Origin: Candidatus Omnitrophota bacterium
GTDB taxonomy: Bacteria; Omnitrophota; Gorgyraeia; Zapsychrales; Zapsychraceae
Direction of reading: 5' to 3'
Assembly: GCA_029261065.1 (NCBI GenBank)
Contig: JAJDCB010000009.1
Coordinates: 33,625-97,624, forward strand
DNA: 64,000 nt
Part shown: piece by piece, positions 31,289 through 40,439 of the stretch
How the letters are laid out: each line of letters starts with the position of its first letter
Position numbering within the stretch: the stretch's first letter is position 1
Notes under the pieces: model-generated
What the model was told of the DNA's origin: nothing
Database searches by the model: none
Seen by the model: the letters and a program-made list of their open reading frames with translations, nothing else
Position numbers and translations under genes: made by a program

Positions 31289-31822
31289 CTATCGATTATT
31301 ACAATCTTCCGGACAATTACAACTATTTTCGAATTGATTACAAATTCCGTTACCACAAGGCAAACAGGCTGCCACACTATCAACAGAATTTGACCCTTTC
31401 ATATCACAGGTTCCATCAAAAAATTCAACACCACAACGTTTAACCATTCCCTCGCAACATTGCACATCTTGTCCCGTATACGCTAACCCACCACATCCTC
31501 CAGCGGGTTGAACTTTGTAATAACACACCTTTTTCCCCGAACATCCATCCATAATCTGGCAAGAATCTTCCGGACAATCATCAACGCTTAACTCCAAACA
31601 CGATTTTGGAAAACAGCCTATATCACATCCATCAAAAAGGATGCCAGCATAACATGTCTGCATACATTTATCCTTTGGACACTCCTCTTCTTTTTCATAA
31701 ATATCAGCGCAATATTCTCCTAATTCATCGGCTTTAAGAGAGCTTGTAAAAACTAATCCAGTGAACACTATTAAAACACATACAAAAAATCTTAAAATTA
31801 TTCTTCTTGAAAATAATATCAT
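31289..31822 (-). CDS. Secreted cysteine-rich protein of unknown function
   Basis: Signal peptide ending SLKA; 22 Cys in the mature part; C-terminal CGNGIC..ENSCNCPEDC. Confidence 0.75.
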   Translation of the reverse strand: MILFSRRIILRFFVCVLIVFTGLVFTSSLKADELGEYCADIYEKEEECPKDKCMQTCYAGILFDGCDIGCFPKSCLELSVDDCPEDSCQIMDGCSGKKVCYYKVQPAGGCGGLAYTGQDVQCCEGMVKRCGVEFFDGTCDMKGSNSVDSVAACLPCGNGICNQFENSCNCPEDCNNR

Positions 31823-31952
31823 GATACGTCCTCTTTAAAGTATTGTTGATTTAAGAATTTTTTACTTTTACTACCCTCTAACAAGATTACCCTCTACTTG
31901 AAATCAAAAAAATATTTTGATTACAAAAAATTTAGTTGCCATAAACCGCTTA

Positions 31953-32225
31953 TTATTCAGCTTCTAACTCTAAATACACCTTAGGATCCCCTAAGACACC
32001 GGCCATTTTCATTCCTTCCCGTAATTCCTCAGACTGTGAAAAACGGACAGCCTTATGAAGATCATCCCACTCAAAAACGATGGAAATGTCATTAAGATCA
32101 TCTGAATTACGAAAAATCTGGCAACTGCTCTGGCCGCTCATTTTTCTAAAAGGCGCTCCTAAATCAAAAAGTTTCTTCCACTTATCAAAATCTTCTACCT
32201 TATGTTGTACAATAATTTTAGCCAT
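31953..32225 (-). CDS. Small ABM/cyclase-like (dimeric alpha-beta barrel) protein
   Basis: HKVEDFDKWKKLFD...FEW...MKMAGV.G.P pattern; GGAGG Shine-Dalgarno upstream. Confidence 0.65.
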   Translation of the reverse strand: MAKIIVQHKVEDFDKWKKLFDLGAPFRKMSGQSSCQIFRNSDDLNDISIVFEWDDLHKAVRFSQSEELREGMKMAGVLGDPKVYLELEAE

Positions 32226-32250
32226 TTATCCCTCCGTTTAAATTGCCTTA

Positions 32251-33012
32251 TTAAAACCTTTCCACAGATTTTTGGCGGACCCAGCCGGATTTGCTATCTA
32301 TCCGTTTTATTTTAAACCAATCATCCTCTTTTTTCAAAATTTTTAACCCCACACCTTCAGGTAGCGGAAAATGGATAGTAGAATTTTTTCTCGGTTCAAA
32401 TCTCGCTTCATCCTTTATTATTACATAAGCTAAATTCGAGTCTCCATTAATCTTCATAATAAAACCAAATAAAAAAACGCAGAAAATCACAGCAAAAGCA
32501 GTAAATGCCCATTTCCTTGTTGAAGATTTCCACTTTAAGAATTCTGCGATCAAATACATTAGACTCATTACTATCAAAATGCATGTCATGATAGTAAACA
32601 TCTCCTCTTTTGTATAAAACTGGACATGAGCCTTAAGAGCCCTCTGATAAAGGTTTAAAGAAACCTTTGTATTATCTTTTATACGCGCCTTAGCAAAACG
32701 ATAATTGAATTTTAAATCTCCATCACGCGGAATAATTCTTAAGGCACGCTCATAATTGAGCATAGCCTTTCCTAATTGTTTATTTTTAATGTAACTGTTG
32801 GCTAGATTAAAATAAACGTTTCCACTCACACGGCCGCTTGCAATGATAGCCTCATAATCCTCAATTGCTTTTCCCAAATCTCCACTTTTATAATAATGTT
32901 CAGCGGAGACAAACTTGCCCAGAATATCTTTCTTACTGAGATTACTCCACGCAGGATTGATCATCATTAAACTTAAAATACACACAAGACTCGCAATTCG
33001 CCGTTTTCTCAT
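32251..33012 (-). CDS. batE: BatE-like TPR + SH3 protein
   Basis: Signal peptide, TPR (YFNLANSY, LNYERAL..PRD), two TM helices and SH3-like end (EG..LKI...WFKI...GWV). Confidence 0.8.
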   Translation of the reverse strand: MRKRRIASLVCILSLMMINPAWSNLSKKDILGKFVSAEHYYKSGDLGKAIEDYEAIIASGRVSGNVYFNLANSYIKNKQLGKAMLNYERALRIIPRDGDLKFNYRFAKARIKDNTKVSLNLYQRALKAHVQFYTKEEMFTIMTCILIVMSLMYLIAEFLKWKSSTRKWAFTAFAVIFCVFLFGFIMKINGDSNLAYVIIKDEARFEPRKNSTIHFPLPEGVGLKILKKEDDWFKIKRIDSKSGWVRQKSVERF

Positions 33013-34835
33013 TTAATTCGCCTCTCAATATGATCAATAATTTCTTCAACGCGTTGATAAGCAATTCTCATATTTTTGGCATCAATAATACGGGAACCAA
33101 AACGAATGGTGTCACACTCCTCAATTGTGACTGCAATATCCGTTAAAAACTTTTCATCAATACGTTTGGATTCTTCACAATTTTTAATTGCTTCATAATT
33201 CACAGCCCCTAAAGCCAGATGAAATTTATGGGCTAAGTAATGCTGTAGGGTTTTAAATAAACTGTCATAAAATTGATCAATCTTATTTAAATCCATAAGC
33301 CTTCTGGCCTGCATAAGATCTTTTCTTGCATGCTTAGGAGCAAGATGTCTTTTGGCAAAAACCGTATCTGTTTCCAATCTTTGATAACGCTTTAAAAAGA
33401 ACAAAACCACCCCCCACAATAATCCATACAGCAAAAGAAATATAAAATAATAACCCTGCTTATAAAAGGGCCTATCCTTTTCTTCTAGAATCCCCAATCT
33501 ATCTTTAATAAAAACGATATCACTACCTAACTCTTGCTGCTTTTCAATAATCTCAAGTTTTTTATTCAATCCAATAACGCGAAGTTCCCCATCCCCTTCG
33601 ACTTTCTGAATGTTAATAGGAAAAGGACCTTTTGTAATCGTTAAATATTTATTATATCGAGGATCAAAATAGGAAAAATTAATGGCTGGGAATTCTTTAA
33701 TATCTGAAGATTTTGGAATAACAACCTCTTCCAAACGTTTTTGCTTGCCATCATCTTTAATAATGGGTTCATATACTTTAAATTGATCCTCAATATCAAG
33801 CTTAGGAAAATTAACCGTTTTTAAATGCCCTTCACCACTAATCATCATCTTAAGCGTTAACGGATCTCCCTCTTTGACATCTGATGGACCAACGGAGGCA
33901 TCAAAATGATAATTTCCCACCGCTCCATTAAATCCAATCGGACGCCCTTCACTTGGTAAATCCTTCACCTTAATAACCATCTCACCTGATTTAATTTTAA
34001 TTGGTCTTTTTTCAGATCGATTAAAAAAATCTGAAAAGAAAGGATCATCAAAGACGCTCTCACGACGATTAGATTTGTCTGATGCAACCAATATATTGCA
34101 ATTAACGGTAAGAGGCCCTAAATTCAACTCCCCAGTTCGTGTTGGATAAATCGTTTTATTAAATTCAACAATGTCATATTTCAAACCATTAATAACCTGT
34201 TGATATTGTTTAACAGCTGTCTTACCTTCTTCACTAAATCCGACATTATCTAAAATAGGATAATTAATATCCCTTAAAGACAACTCGTTGGCATACAAAA
34301 GTATTTTGATAGGAATAGGACTGTTAAGATAAAATTCTGTATCAGGCGCTTTTAGCACTACAAATAACTTATCATCTAATGTGCGCGCTTTTGGTTGTTG
34401 TGTTTGAATGGTGTTTTTGCTAGCGCCAGGAATATCTATCACTGTAATCGTGATAGCGTCGGTAAAATATCTCTTTGAATCAACATCCAACTCTAAAGAA
34501 GGAATTTCAAATTCACCAACCTTTAAAGGATAAAATTTATAAACAAACGTCTTTGAGCTTGAATATTGAGCATTCAGGATTGTATAACTTGTTTTCGAAC
34601 CGGCGGCTTGCACATCGAAGCCTTCAATATTAGAAAAAGGAACAGGAATAACATCTTGTGAACCATTGACTGTCACGGTTAACTCCACATAAGAGTCTAA
34701 TCGCACCTCTTTTTTATCAACGGAGGCCTCAACACTAACCGCTTGGGCATAAGCTTGTGGAGAAACTCCTATTACGATAAAGGAAAAGAGAACAAACAAT
34801 AACAATCGATTTATAGTTACCAATAACTTTATCAT
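33009..34835 (-). CDS. batD: BatD family protein
   Basis: Signal peptide, Ig-like BatD repeats, LPSEGRP..FNGAVG, FSYFDP and a C-terminal TM helix. Confidence 0.85.
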   Translation of the reverse strand: MIKLLVTINRLLLFVLFSFIVIGVSPQAYAQAVSVEASVDKKEVRLDSYVELTVTVNGSQDVIPVPFSNIEGFDVQAAGSKTSYTILNAQYSSSKTFVYKFYPLKVGEFEIPSLELDVDSKRYFTDAITITVIDIPGASKNTIQTQQPKARTLDDKLFVVLKAPDTEFYLNSPIPIKILLYANELSLRDINYPILDNVGFSEEGKTAVKQYQQVINGLKYDIVEFNKTIYPTRTGELNLGPLTVNCNILVASDKSNRRESVFDDPFFSDFFNRSEKRPIKIKSGEMVIKVKDLPSEGRPIGFNGAVGNYHFDASVGPSDVKEGDPLTLKMMISGEGHLKTVNFPKLDIEDQFKVYEPIIKDDGKQKRLEEVVIPKSSDIKEFPAINFSYFDPRYNKYLTITKGPFPINIQKVEGDGELRVIGLNKKLEIIEKQQELGSDIVFIKDRLGILEEKDRPFYKQGYYFIFLLLYGLLWGVVLFFLKRYQRLETDTVFAKRHLAPKHARKDLMQARRLMDLNKIDQFYDSLFKTLQHYLAHKFHLALGAVNYEAIKNCEESKRIDEKFLTDIAVTIEECDTIRFGSRIIDAKNMRIAYQRVEEIIDHIERRIK

Positions 34836-34841
34836 TACGCG

Positions 34842-35834
34842 TTACCAATCCTTCAAAACAGATTGAGATTTAAATTTTTGTTTATACACATTTAATAACC
34901 CTCGAGGCTCAACGGATTGTTGATAACTCTGTAAAAGCGTTTGCGCTTCTTGCTCTGTCAGCTCTTTGTTCTCTTTCTTCATCTTATTATCTTGAGCTTG
35001 CTCATTGGCCGAAGACTGATCTTCATTAGCCTGCTCTTGTTCATTCTTTTTTTCTTCTTCATTTGAATCCGGTTGAGATTGGGATTGCTCATCTTCTTGG
35101 TCTTCATTATTATTTTGTTCATTCTGACTTTCTTGATCCTGCTCTGAGTTCTGTTGTTGCTCATTTTGGTTTGAAGACTGCGATTGATCATCTTGATTTT
35201 CTTCCTGCTGAGACTGATTGGAATCGTTATTTTCCTCTTTATTTTGAGAATCCTGATCCTCTTGATCGTTGTTATTCTCCTGCGATTGATCTTTAGACTG
35301 ATCTGAAGACTGCCTATTTTGCTGCACCTGTTTCTCTATTTTTTCAACTAATCGCTCTGCCAATTCCAAATTGTATTTAGCATCTTCATTTTTCCAGTTA
35401 ATAGCCAAAGCATTCTCAAATTGAGCCACAGCCTCCTTTGAATGATCTAAACTCACCATCAAATCCTCCGATCCTAATCGATTTGCCCTCTGATAGTTAG
35501 CATTTCCAAGATTAAAATGAACCTGCTCTTTCAACTCTAAATCCTCCGTTAAAGTGGCAAAATTTAAATTCTCAATAGCTTGGGCATAGTCTTTCAATTT
35601 ATACAGAGCGGTGCCTTTATTAAAACTTATAATAGCAGAAAGAGGATCCCGCTCTAAGGCCTGATCATATTTTTCTAAAGCTTTAGAATAATCATCTTTT
35701 TTATAGTAATTATTTCCCTTTTTGACATCTCCCTCCATTGAGGCTAACACCGATGTGGCATTTCCAATAATTAAGACAAATAAACTAATCAAAAAGATTA
35801 ATCCTGTTTTTTCTTTTTTCGTGTTGATAAACAT
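34842..35834 (-). CDS. batC: BatC-like TPR protein with Q/N/E/D-rich linker
   Basis: TPRs (FNKGTALY, FNLGNA, DAKYNLE), low-complexity linker and C-terminal KDW. Confidence 0.8.
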   Translation of the reverse strand: MFINTKKEKTGLIFLISLFVLIIGNATSVLASMEGDVKKGNNYYKKDDYSKALEKYDQALERDPLSAIISFNKGTALYKLKDYAQAIENLNFATLTEDLELKEQVHFNLGNANYQRANRLGSEDLMVSLDHSKEAVAQFENALAINWKNEDAKYNLELAERLVEKIEKQVQQNRQSSDQSKDQSQENNNDQEDQDSQNKEENNDSNQSQQEENQDDQSQSSNQNEQQQNSEQDQESQNEQNNNEDQEDEQSQSQPDSNEEEKKNEQEQANEDQSSANEQAQDNKMKKENKELTEQEAQTLLQSYQQSVEPRGLLNVYKQKFKSQSVLKDW

Positions 35835-36808
35835 GTCTCCGTTACAAGTAATAAAAGGGCCATACTTAATGGAATTTGAAACCGTTCATTAAAACGTTTT
35901 TCTTTTTTACTTTCCACTTCCCGACGCTGCATCTTAGAAATCTGTTGATCATATAAATAATCTAGCCCAAACTGAGCGCCACTCGCTTTTACATAAACGC
36001 CGCCGGTTGTTAACGCAATATCTTGCAAAATCCTTTCATTAAGTCTGGACTTAACAACATTTCCTTTAGAATCCTTCAAATACCCTTCATCTCCTCTACT
36101 ATTGCGAATCCGAATTAATTCCCCTTCCCTCGTTCCAATACCTATCGTAAATATTTTAATCCCTTTTTCTTTAGCCACCTTCGCTACTTTTAAAGGATCC
36201 CCCTCCAAATTATCACCATCTGTAATGATAATAACAGCCTTGTGTTGGCTTAGTGTATTATCGTAACTCTTTAAGGACTCGGAGATGGCGGCCTCTAAAT
36301 TCGTTCCTCCCACAGGAATCGATGATGTGCTTAGTGCATTAAGACTCAACACAAAACCATTGTAATCGACCGTCAAAGGGCAAACCATAAAGGCATCCCC
36401 TGAAAAAGCAATGAGACCTATACGATCGCCTTTTAATTTCTTTAATAAATCCATAACAGCCAATCGTGTTCGCTCCAAACGATTGGGTTTAACATCTTGG
36501 GTAAGCATACTTTTTGATGTATCCACAACAACCAATATATCTACGGCTTCACGTTTTATCTCTCGCCACTGAAATCCCCATTGGGGACGCGCTAAAGCAA
36601 CAATACTTAAAGCAACGACCCCACCGATAAGCACCATTTTCAAAATATTACGCGAATGTTCCGTATTACGATTTACTTCTTTTAAAAGCTGTGGCTCAAT
36701 AAAACTTTCCGTGATTTTTTGTTTTCTTTTATGACTCCAATAGAAGAAAAAAACAAGAATAAAAAGCAGCCAAAAAAGATGAAACATGTTTAAATTTTCA
36801 AATTGCAT
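35798..36808 (-). CDS. batB: BatB VWA domain protein
   Basis: ALARPQWG, MIDAS DTSKSM, DVKPNRL, PLTVDY and ITDGD motifs. Confidence 0.87.
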   Translation of the reverse strand: MQFENLNMFHLFWLLFILVFFFYWSHKRKQKITESFIEPQLLKEVNRNTEHSRNILKMVLIGGVVALSIVALARPQWGFQWREIKREAVDILVVVDTSKSMLTQDVKPNRLERTRLAVMDLLKKLKGDRIGLIAFSGDAFMVCPLTVDYNGFVLSLNALSTSSIPVGGTNLEAAISESLKSYDNTLSQHKAVIIITDGDNLEGDPLKVAKVAKEKGIKIFTIGIGTREGELIRIRNSRGDEGYLKDSKGNVVKSRLNERILQDIALTTGGVYVKASGAQFGLDYLYDQQISKMQRREVESKKEKRFNERFQIPLSMALLLLVTETCLSTRKKKKQD

Positions 36809-36811
36809 AAA

Positions 36812-37804
36812 TTAAGGTATTTTTAAAAAAGAAGTTTGTCTTAAAATTAATTCAATGATCAGTAAGAAAATGGCGGCCAATAAAAACTTCTCAAATAACT
36901 CCGTGTATTCATAATAACCGTATTCTTCAATCTCGGTCTTCTCAAGCCTATCAATCTCTTCATAAATTTTTCGCAAAGAAGAAGTATCTGTGGCCCGATA
37001 ATACTTTCCTCCCGTAATATCCGCAATCTCTTCTAATGTCTTTTCATCTAAATCTAACATCACATTTTGATAAACCTTCTTCCCAAAAAAGTTAGTAGGA
37101 TACGGCACGGGCCCTGTCGAGCCCGCTCCAATCGTATAAATCTTAACACCATAATGCTTAGCGGCTCGGGCAGCTTCAATAGGATCAACATCCCAAACAT
37201 TATTAACGCCATCTGTTAATAAAATGACTATCTTACTTTTTGCTTCACTATCCTTTAATCGCGATAAGGATGAGGCTATAGCCGACCCAACGGCTGTCCC
37301 ATCTTTGATTAAACCCATCTCTACTCGTTCTAAATTCAATACGATCCATGTATAATCCGTAGTTAAAGGACAAACTGTATAAGCCAATCCAGCAAATGCA
37401 ATTAATCCAATCCGATCATTTTGCCTTTTCTCAATAAAATCAATGACAACCTCTTTAATAATATGTAAACGATTCTTTCGTTTGCCATTAATCTTAAAGT
37501 CCTCCGCAGCCATACTACCTGAGGAATCGATTGCCAGTAAAATATCAATCCCCTCTGTTTTAACAATCGCCTTATCGATTACAATGCGAGGACCTGCTAA
37601 AGCAAAACAAAAAAGAAAAATAATGCCATAACGCAAATAACGCGGCAGATGAATAAATCGCATCTTCCACGTGGGCTTTAACGATTTTAGGAGTATGCCA
37701 GATGAGAAATGAAAACCTGTTGACGGCTTTCTTTTTTCACGAGAAATACAGAAGATTAATAAAATGGGAATTAGCAGTAAAAATAAAGGTGTCTTAAAAA
37801 TCAT
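36812..37804 (-). CDS. batA: BatA VWA domain protein
   Basis: ALAGP, GIDI..AIDSSGSM, GTAVG, LLTDGVNN, TGGKYYRA and IDRLEK motifs. Confidence 0.87.
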   Translation of the reverse strand: MIFKTPLFLLLIPILLIFCISREKRKPSTGFHFSSGILLKSLKPTWKMRFIHLPRYLRYGIIFLFCFALAGPRIVIDKAIVKTEGIDILLAIDSSGSMAAEDFKINGKRKNRLHIIKEVVIDFIEKRQNDRIGLIAFAGLAYTVCPLTTDYTWIVLNLERVEMGLIKDGTAVGSAIASSLSRLKDSEAKSKIVILLTDGVNNVWDVDPIEAARAAKHYGVKIYTIGAGSTGPVPYPTNFFGKKVYQNVMLDLDEKTLEEIADITGGKYYRATDTSSLRKIYEEIDRLEKTEIEEYGYYEYTELFEKFLLAAIFLLIIELILRQTSFLKIP

Positions 37805-38361
37805 ACAACCCGTGTCTCCTCAAGTAATGCTTTGGCTAATTCAAAACTCTTCTCAACCTCTTCTCGTCCCGGTTCATGTTTAGCAAATTTAACAAGATCA
37901 CATGACGTTAAAAAGTCCTTTAGAACATTTTTTTGTTTTTCATTTAACTTATCAAGCGCCTGTAAATCAGCTAAAAATTCCTCCGTTGTCATATCTGGGG
38001 CATTAATTGTAAACTGCTCCTCAAAATAGTAACGAATAATACGTGATAATTTTAAATAAAATTCTTCATAACGTTTATTATTTAGAAGATCCTCTTCCTG
38101 CAAAGACTTTAATCTTAACATGGCGCACTCATAAGGTGTTTTGATCTTACCCACCGTTATTTTTCTACGTTCTAACCTTTTTGAGATAACATATAAAACA
38201 CCCAAAATTAACCCACCTAAGAGAAGGAATAACATGATCCAAAAAATAACCGGGTTCATAGGTAAAGCGAAAGGCGGACTAACATCTCGTAATTCCTCTG
38301 CATTAACAGAATGTATATTTATCGTTAGAAAAAATGTTATTAAGAAAAAGGCTTTTTTCAT
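37801..38361 (-). CDS. Membrane protein of the MoxR/Bat operon
   Basis: LRDV.PP, TM helix, LS.IIRYYFE, APDMTTEEF and DLVKFAK; position between DUF58 and batA. Confidence 0.7.
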   Translation of the reverse strand: MKKAFFLITFFLTINIHSVNAEELRDVSPPFALPMNPVIFWIMLFLLLGGLILGVLYVISKRLERRKITVGKIKTPYECAMLRLKSLQEEDLLNNKRYEEFYLKLSRIIRYYFEEQFTINAPDMTTEEFLADLQALDKLNEKQKNVLKDFLTSCDLVKFAKHEPGREEVEKSFELAKALLEETRVV

Positions 38362-39276
38362 TTATCTAAATTTACTTTTTTGCCGTCTTAGAAAAAATTT
38401 AATCATTTCATCGGAATAGGATGAATCCGTTGAAAGATTAATCGAATCAACCCCAACCGATCGAAAAAGCTGATCTCTTGATTTAACCCTGCGATCATTA
38501 TGATAATTATAATGTTCGCGTAATCGGGGACTTGTTGTATCAATGATAAAAGATTTACCTGTTTCAGCATCTTCAAGTTCCACAAGACCGGCTTGTGTTA
38601 GTGTTGTCTCTTTAGGGTCGTTAAGACAAATGGCGGTTAAATCGTGTTTTTTATTTGCTGCAGAAAGTGATTTTTTTAGAGTTTCTCTTAAATCCGCATT
38701 TTCAGGGTCCACCTGATCAACTAAAAAATCAGAGATGAGAAACGTAATAGCACCCCTTGTGGTGACTTTATTCAGATAATCAATCGCTTGAATCAAATCT
38801 GTTTTTTGATGTTCCGGCTCAAAATATAGGATTTCACGCACAACGCGTAGGACATGGCTAAGACCTTTACGTGGAGGAATAAACTTTTCAATTTTATCTG
38901 TAAAAATAATAAGCCCAATCTTATCATTATTACGCGAAGCACTAAGGGCTAGAAGAGCCGACACCTCTGCTGCTAGATGACTTTTAAGATGCTTCACACT
39001 TCCAAATCGTGTGGACTCTGAAACGTCAACTAAAATCATAACGGTTAACTCGCGCTCCTCCACAAATTTCTTTATGTAAGGCTTTCCCGTTCTCGCCGTT
39101 ACGTTCCAATCGATGCTACGCACATCATCGCCGAACTGATACTCTCGCACCTCGTCAAATTCAATGCCTTGGCCTTTAAAGACACTATGATATTGTCCAG
39201 CAAAAACATCTGTTACAAGACGTTTGGTGGTGATTTCAATACGTTTGATATTTTGAAATAGGTCTTTTGGGATCAT
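38362..39276 (-). CDS. DUF58 domain protein (VWA-like MoxR partner)
   Basis: FKGQGIEFDEVREYQFGDDVRSIDWNVTAR, EEREL and ISDF motifs. Confidence 0.92.
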   Translation of the reverse strand: MIPKDLFQNIKRIEITTKRLVTDVFAGQYHSVFKGQGIEFDEVREYQFGDDVRSIDWNVTARTGKPYIKKFVEERELTVMILVDVSESTRFGSVKHLKSHLAAEVSALLALSASRNNDKIGLIIFTDKIEKFIPPRKGLSHVLRVVREILYFEPEHQKTDLIQAIDYLNKVTTRGAITFLISDFLVDQVDPENADLRETLKKSLSAANKKHDLTAICLNDPKETTLTQAGLVELEDAETGKSFIIDTTSPRLREHYNYHNDRRVKSRDQLFRSVGVDSINLSTDSSYSDEMIKFFLRRQKSKFR

Positions 39277-39361
39277 GATTAGAATATAGGATATGGTGGT
39301 TAGCTTTCAAGGATTTATATAGAAAAGGAATAACGCCCAGAAACCCAACCCTCAATCTTTA

Positions 39362-40357
39362 TTAAGGCACTTCTATTTCATGTAAAATCGTATCCACAAT
39401 GTCTTCAGGAGTTTTCTCTTCAGCCTCGGCCTCATAGCTGATGATGACACGATGTCGAAGCACATCCATGCCGATAGACTTAACATCTTGTGGAGTCACA
39501 TAACCACGCCCCTGCAGGAAAGCGTATGCTTTGGAGGCAATAGCTAAATTAATGGTAGCTCGAGGAGAAGCCCCATATTGAATAAGCCCATTGAGTGATG
39601 ATAAATTATAAGAGCCTGGATCACGTGTGGCATCTACGATATTAACAATGTACTTCTCAATCTTCTCATCCATATAAATTTCATCAACAACTGCTCGCGC
39701 TCGCATTAATTCTTCAGGTTTAATAATCGGTTGAACATCAACCTTGCTTGAAGTAAAAGACATTCGTTGTAATATTTTTAACTCCTCATCCTTAGTAGGA
39801 TAACCGACTTTAACTTTTAACATAAACCGATCCACTTGAGCTTCGGGCAAAGGATACGTTCCTTCCTGTTCAATAGGATTCTGTGTTGCTAATACAAGAA
39901 ACGGCTCATCCAATTGAAGGGTGTCAGATCCGATTGTCACCTGCCTCTCTTGCATCGCTTCAAGTAACGCACTTTGCACCTTGGCAGGAGCACGATTAAT
40001 TTCATCAGCAAGAATGATATTGGCAAAAATCGGTCCTTTTTTAACAATAAAGTCGCCTGACTTCTGATCAAAAATTAATGTTCCCGTTAAATCGGCAGGT
40101 AACATATCAGGTGTAAATTGTAGACGTTGAAATTTTGTTTGAATGGTTTGGGAAAGTGTTTTAACAGCTGTGGTTTTAGCTAATCCTGGGACGCCTTCGA
40201 GTAAAATATGACCGTTAGCCAGCATCCCGACAAGAAGTCGTTCAAAAAGATACTTTTGACCGACCATGACTTTTTGAGTTTCAAGAAGCAACCCTTCAAT
40301 AAAGGCGCTTTCTTTTTTGACTTTCTCATTTATAACTGAGATATCTTGTGTTGACAT
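39362..40357 (-). CDS. moxR: MoxR family AAA+ ATPase
   Basis: EGVPGLAKT, QFTPDMLPAD, LADEINRAPAKVQSALLEAM and ATQNPIEQEGTYPLPEAQ.DRF. Confidence 0.95.
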   Translation of the reverse strand: MSTQDISVINEKVKKESAFIEGLLLETQKVMVGQKYLFERLLVGMLANGHILLEGVPGLAKTTAVKTLSQTIQTKFQRLQFTPDMLPADLTGTLIFDQKSGDFIVKKGPIFANIILADEINRAPAKVQSALLEAMQERQVTIGSDTLQLDEPFLVLATQNPIEQEGTYPLPEAQVDRFMLKVKVGYPTKDEELKILQRMSFTSSKVDVQPIIKPEELMRARAVVDEIYMDEKIEKYIVNIVDATRDPGSYNLSSLNGLIQYGASPRATINLAIASKAYAFLQGRGYVTPQDVKSIGMDVLRHRVIISYEAEAEEKTPEDIVDTILHEIEVP

Positions 40358-40439
40358 AAAGGCCCTCCACTTTTCAATGATTATCTCTTAAATACAATTA
40401 TTGCTAACTATTTATCAACTTCTAAAAATGAACTTACTG

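Noticed and set aside
34980-35320. Q/N/D/E/S-rich low-complexity region and overlapping small ORFs
   Set aside because: This is the usual disordered BatC linker; the alternative-frame ORFs are by-products.
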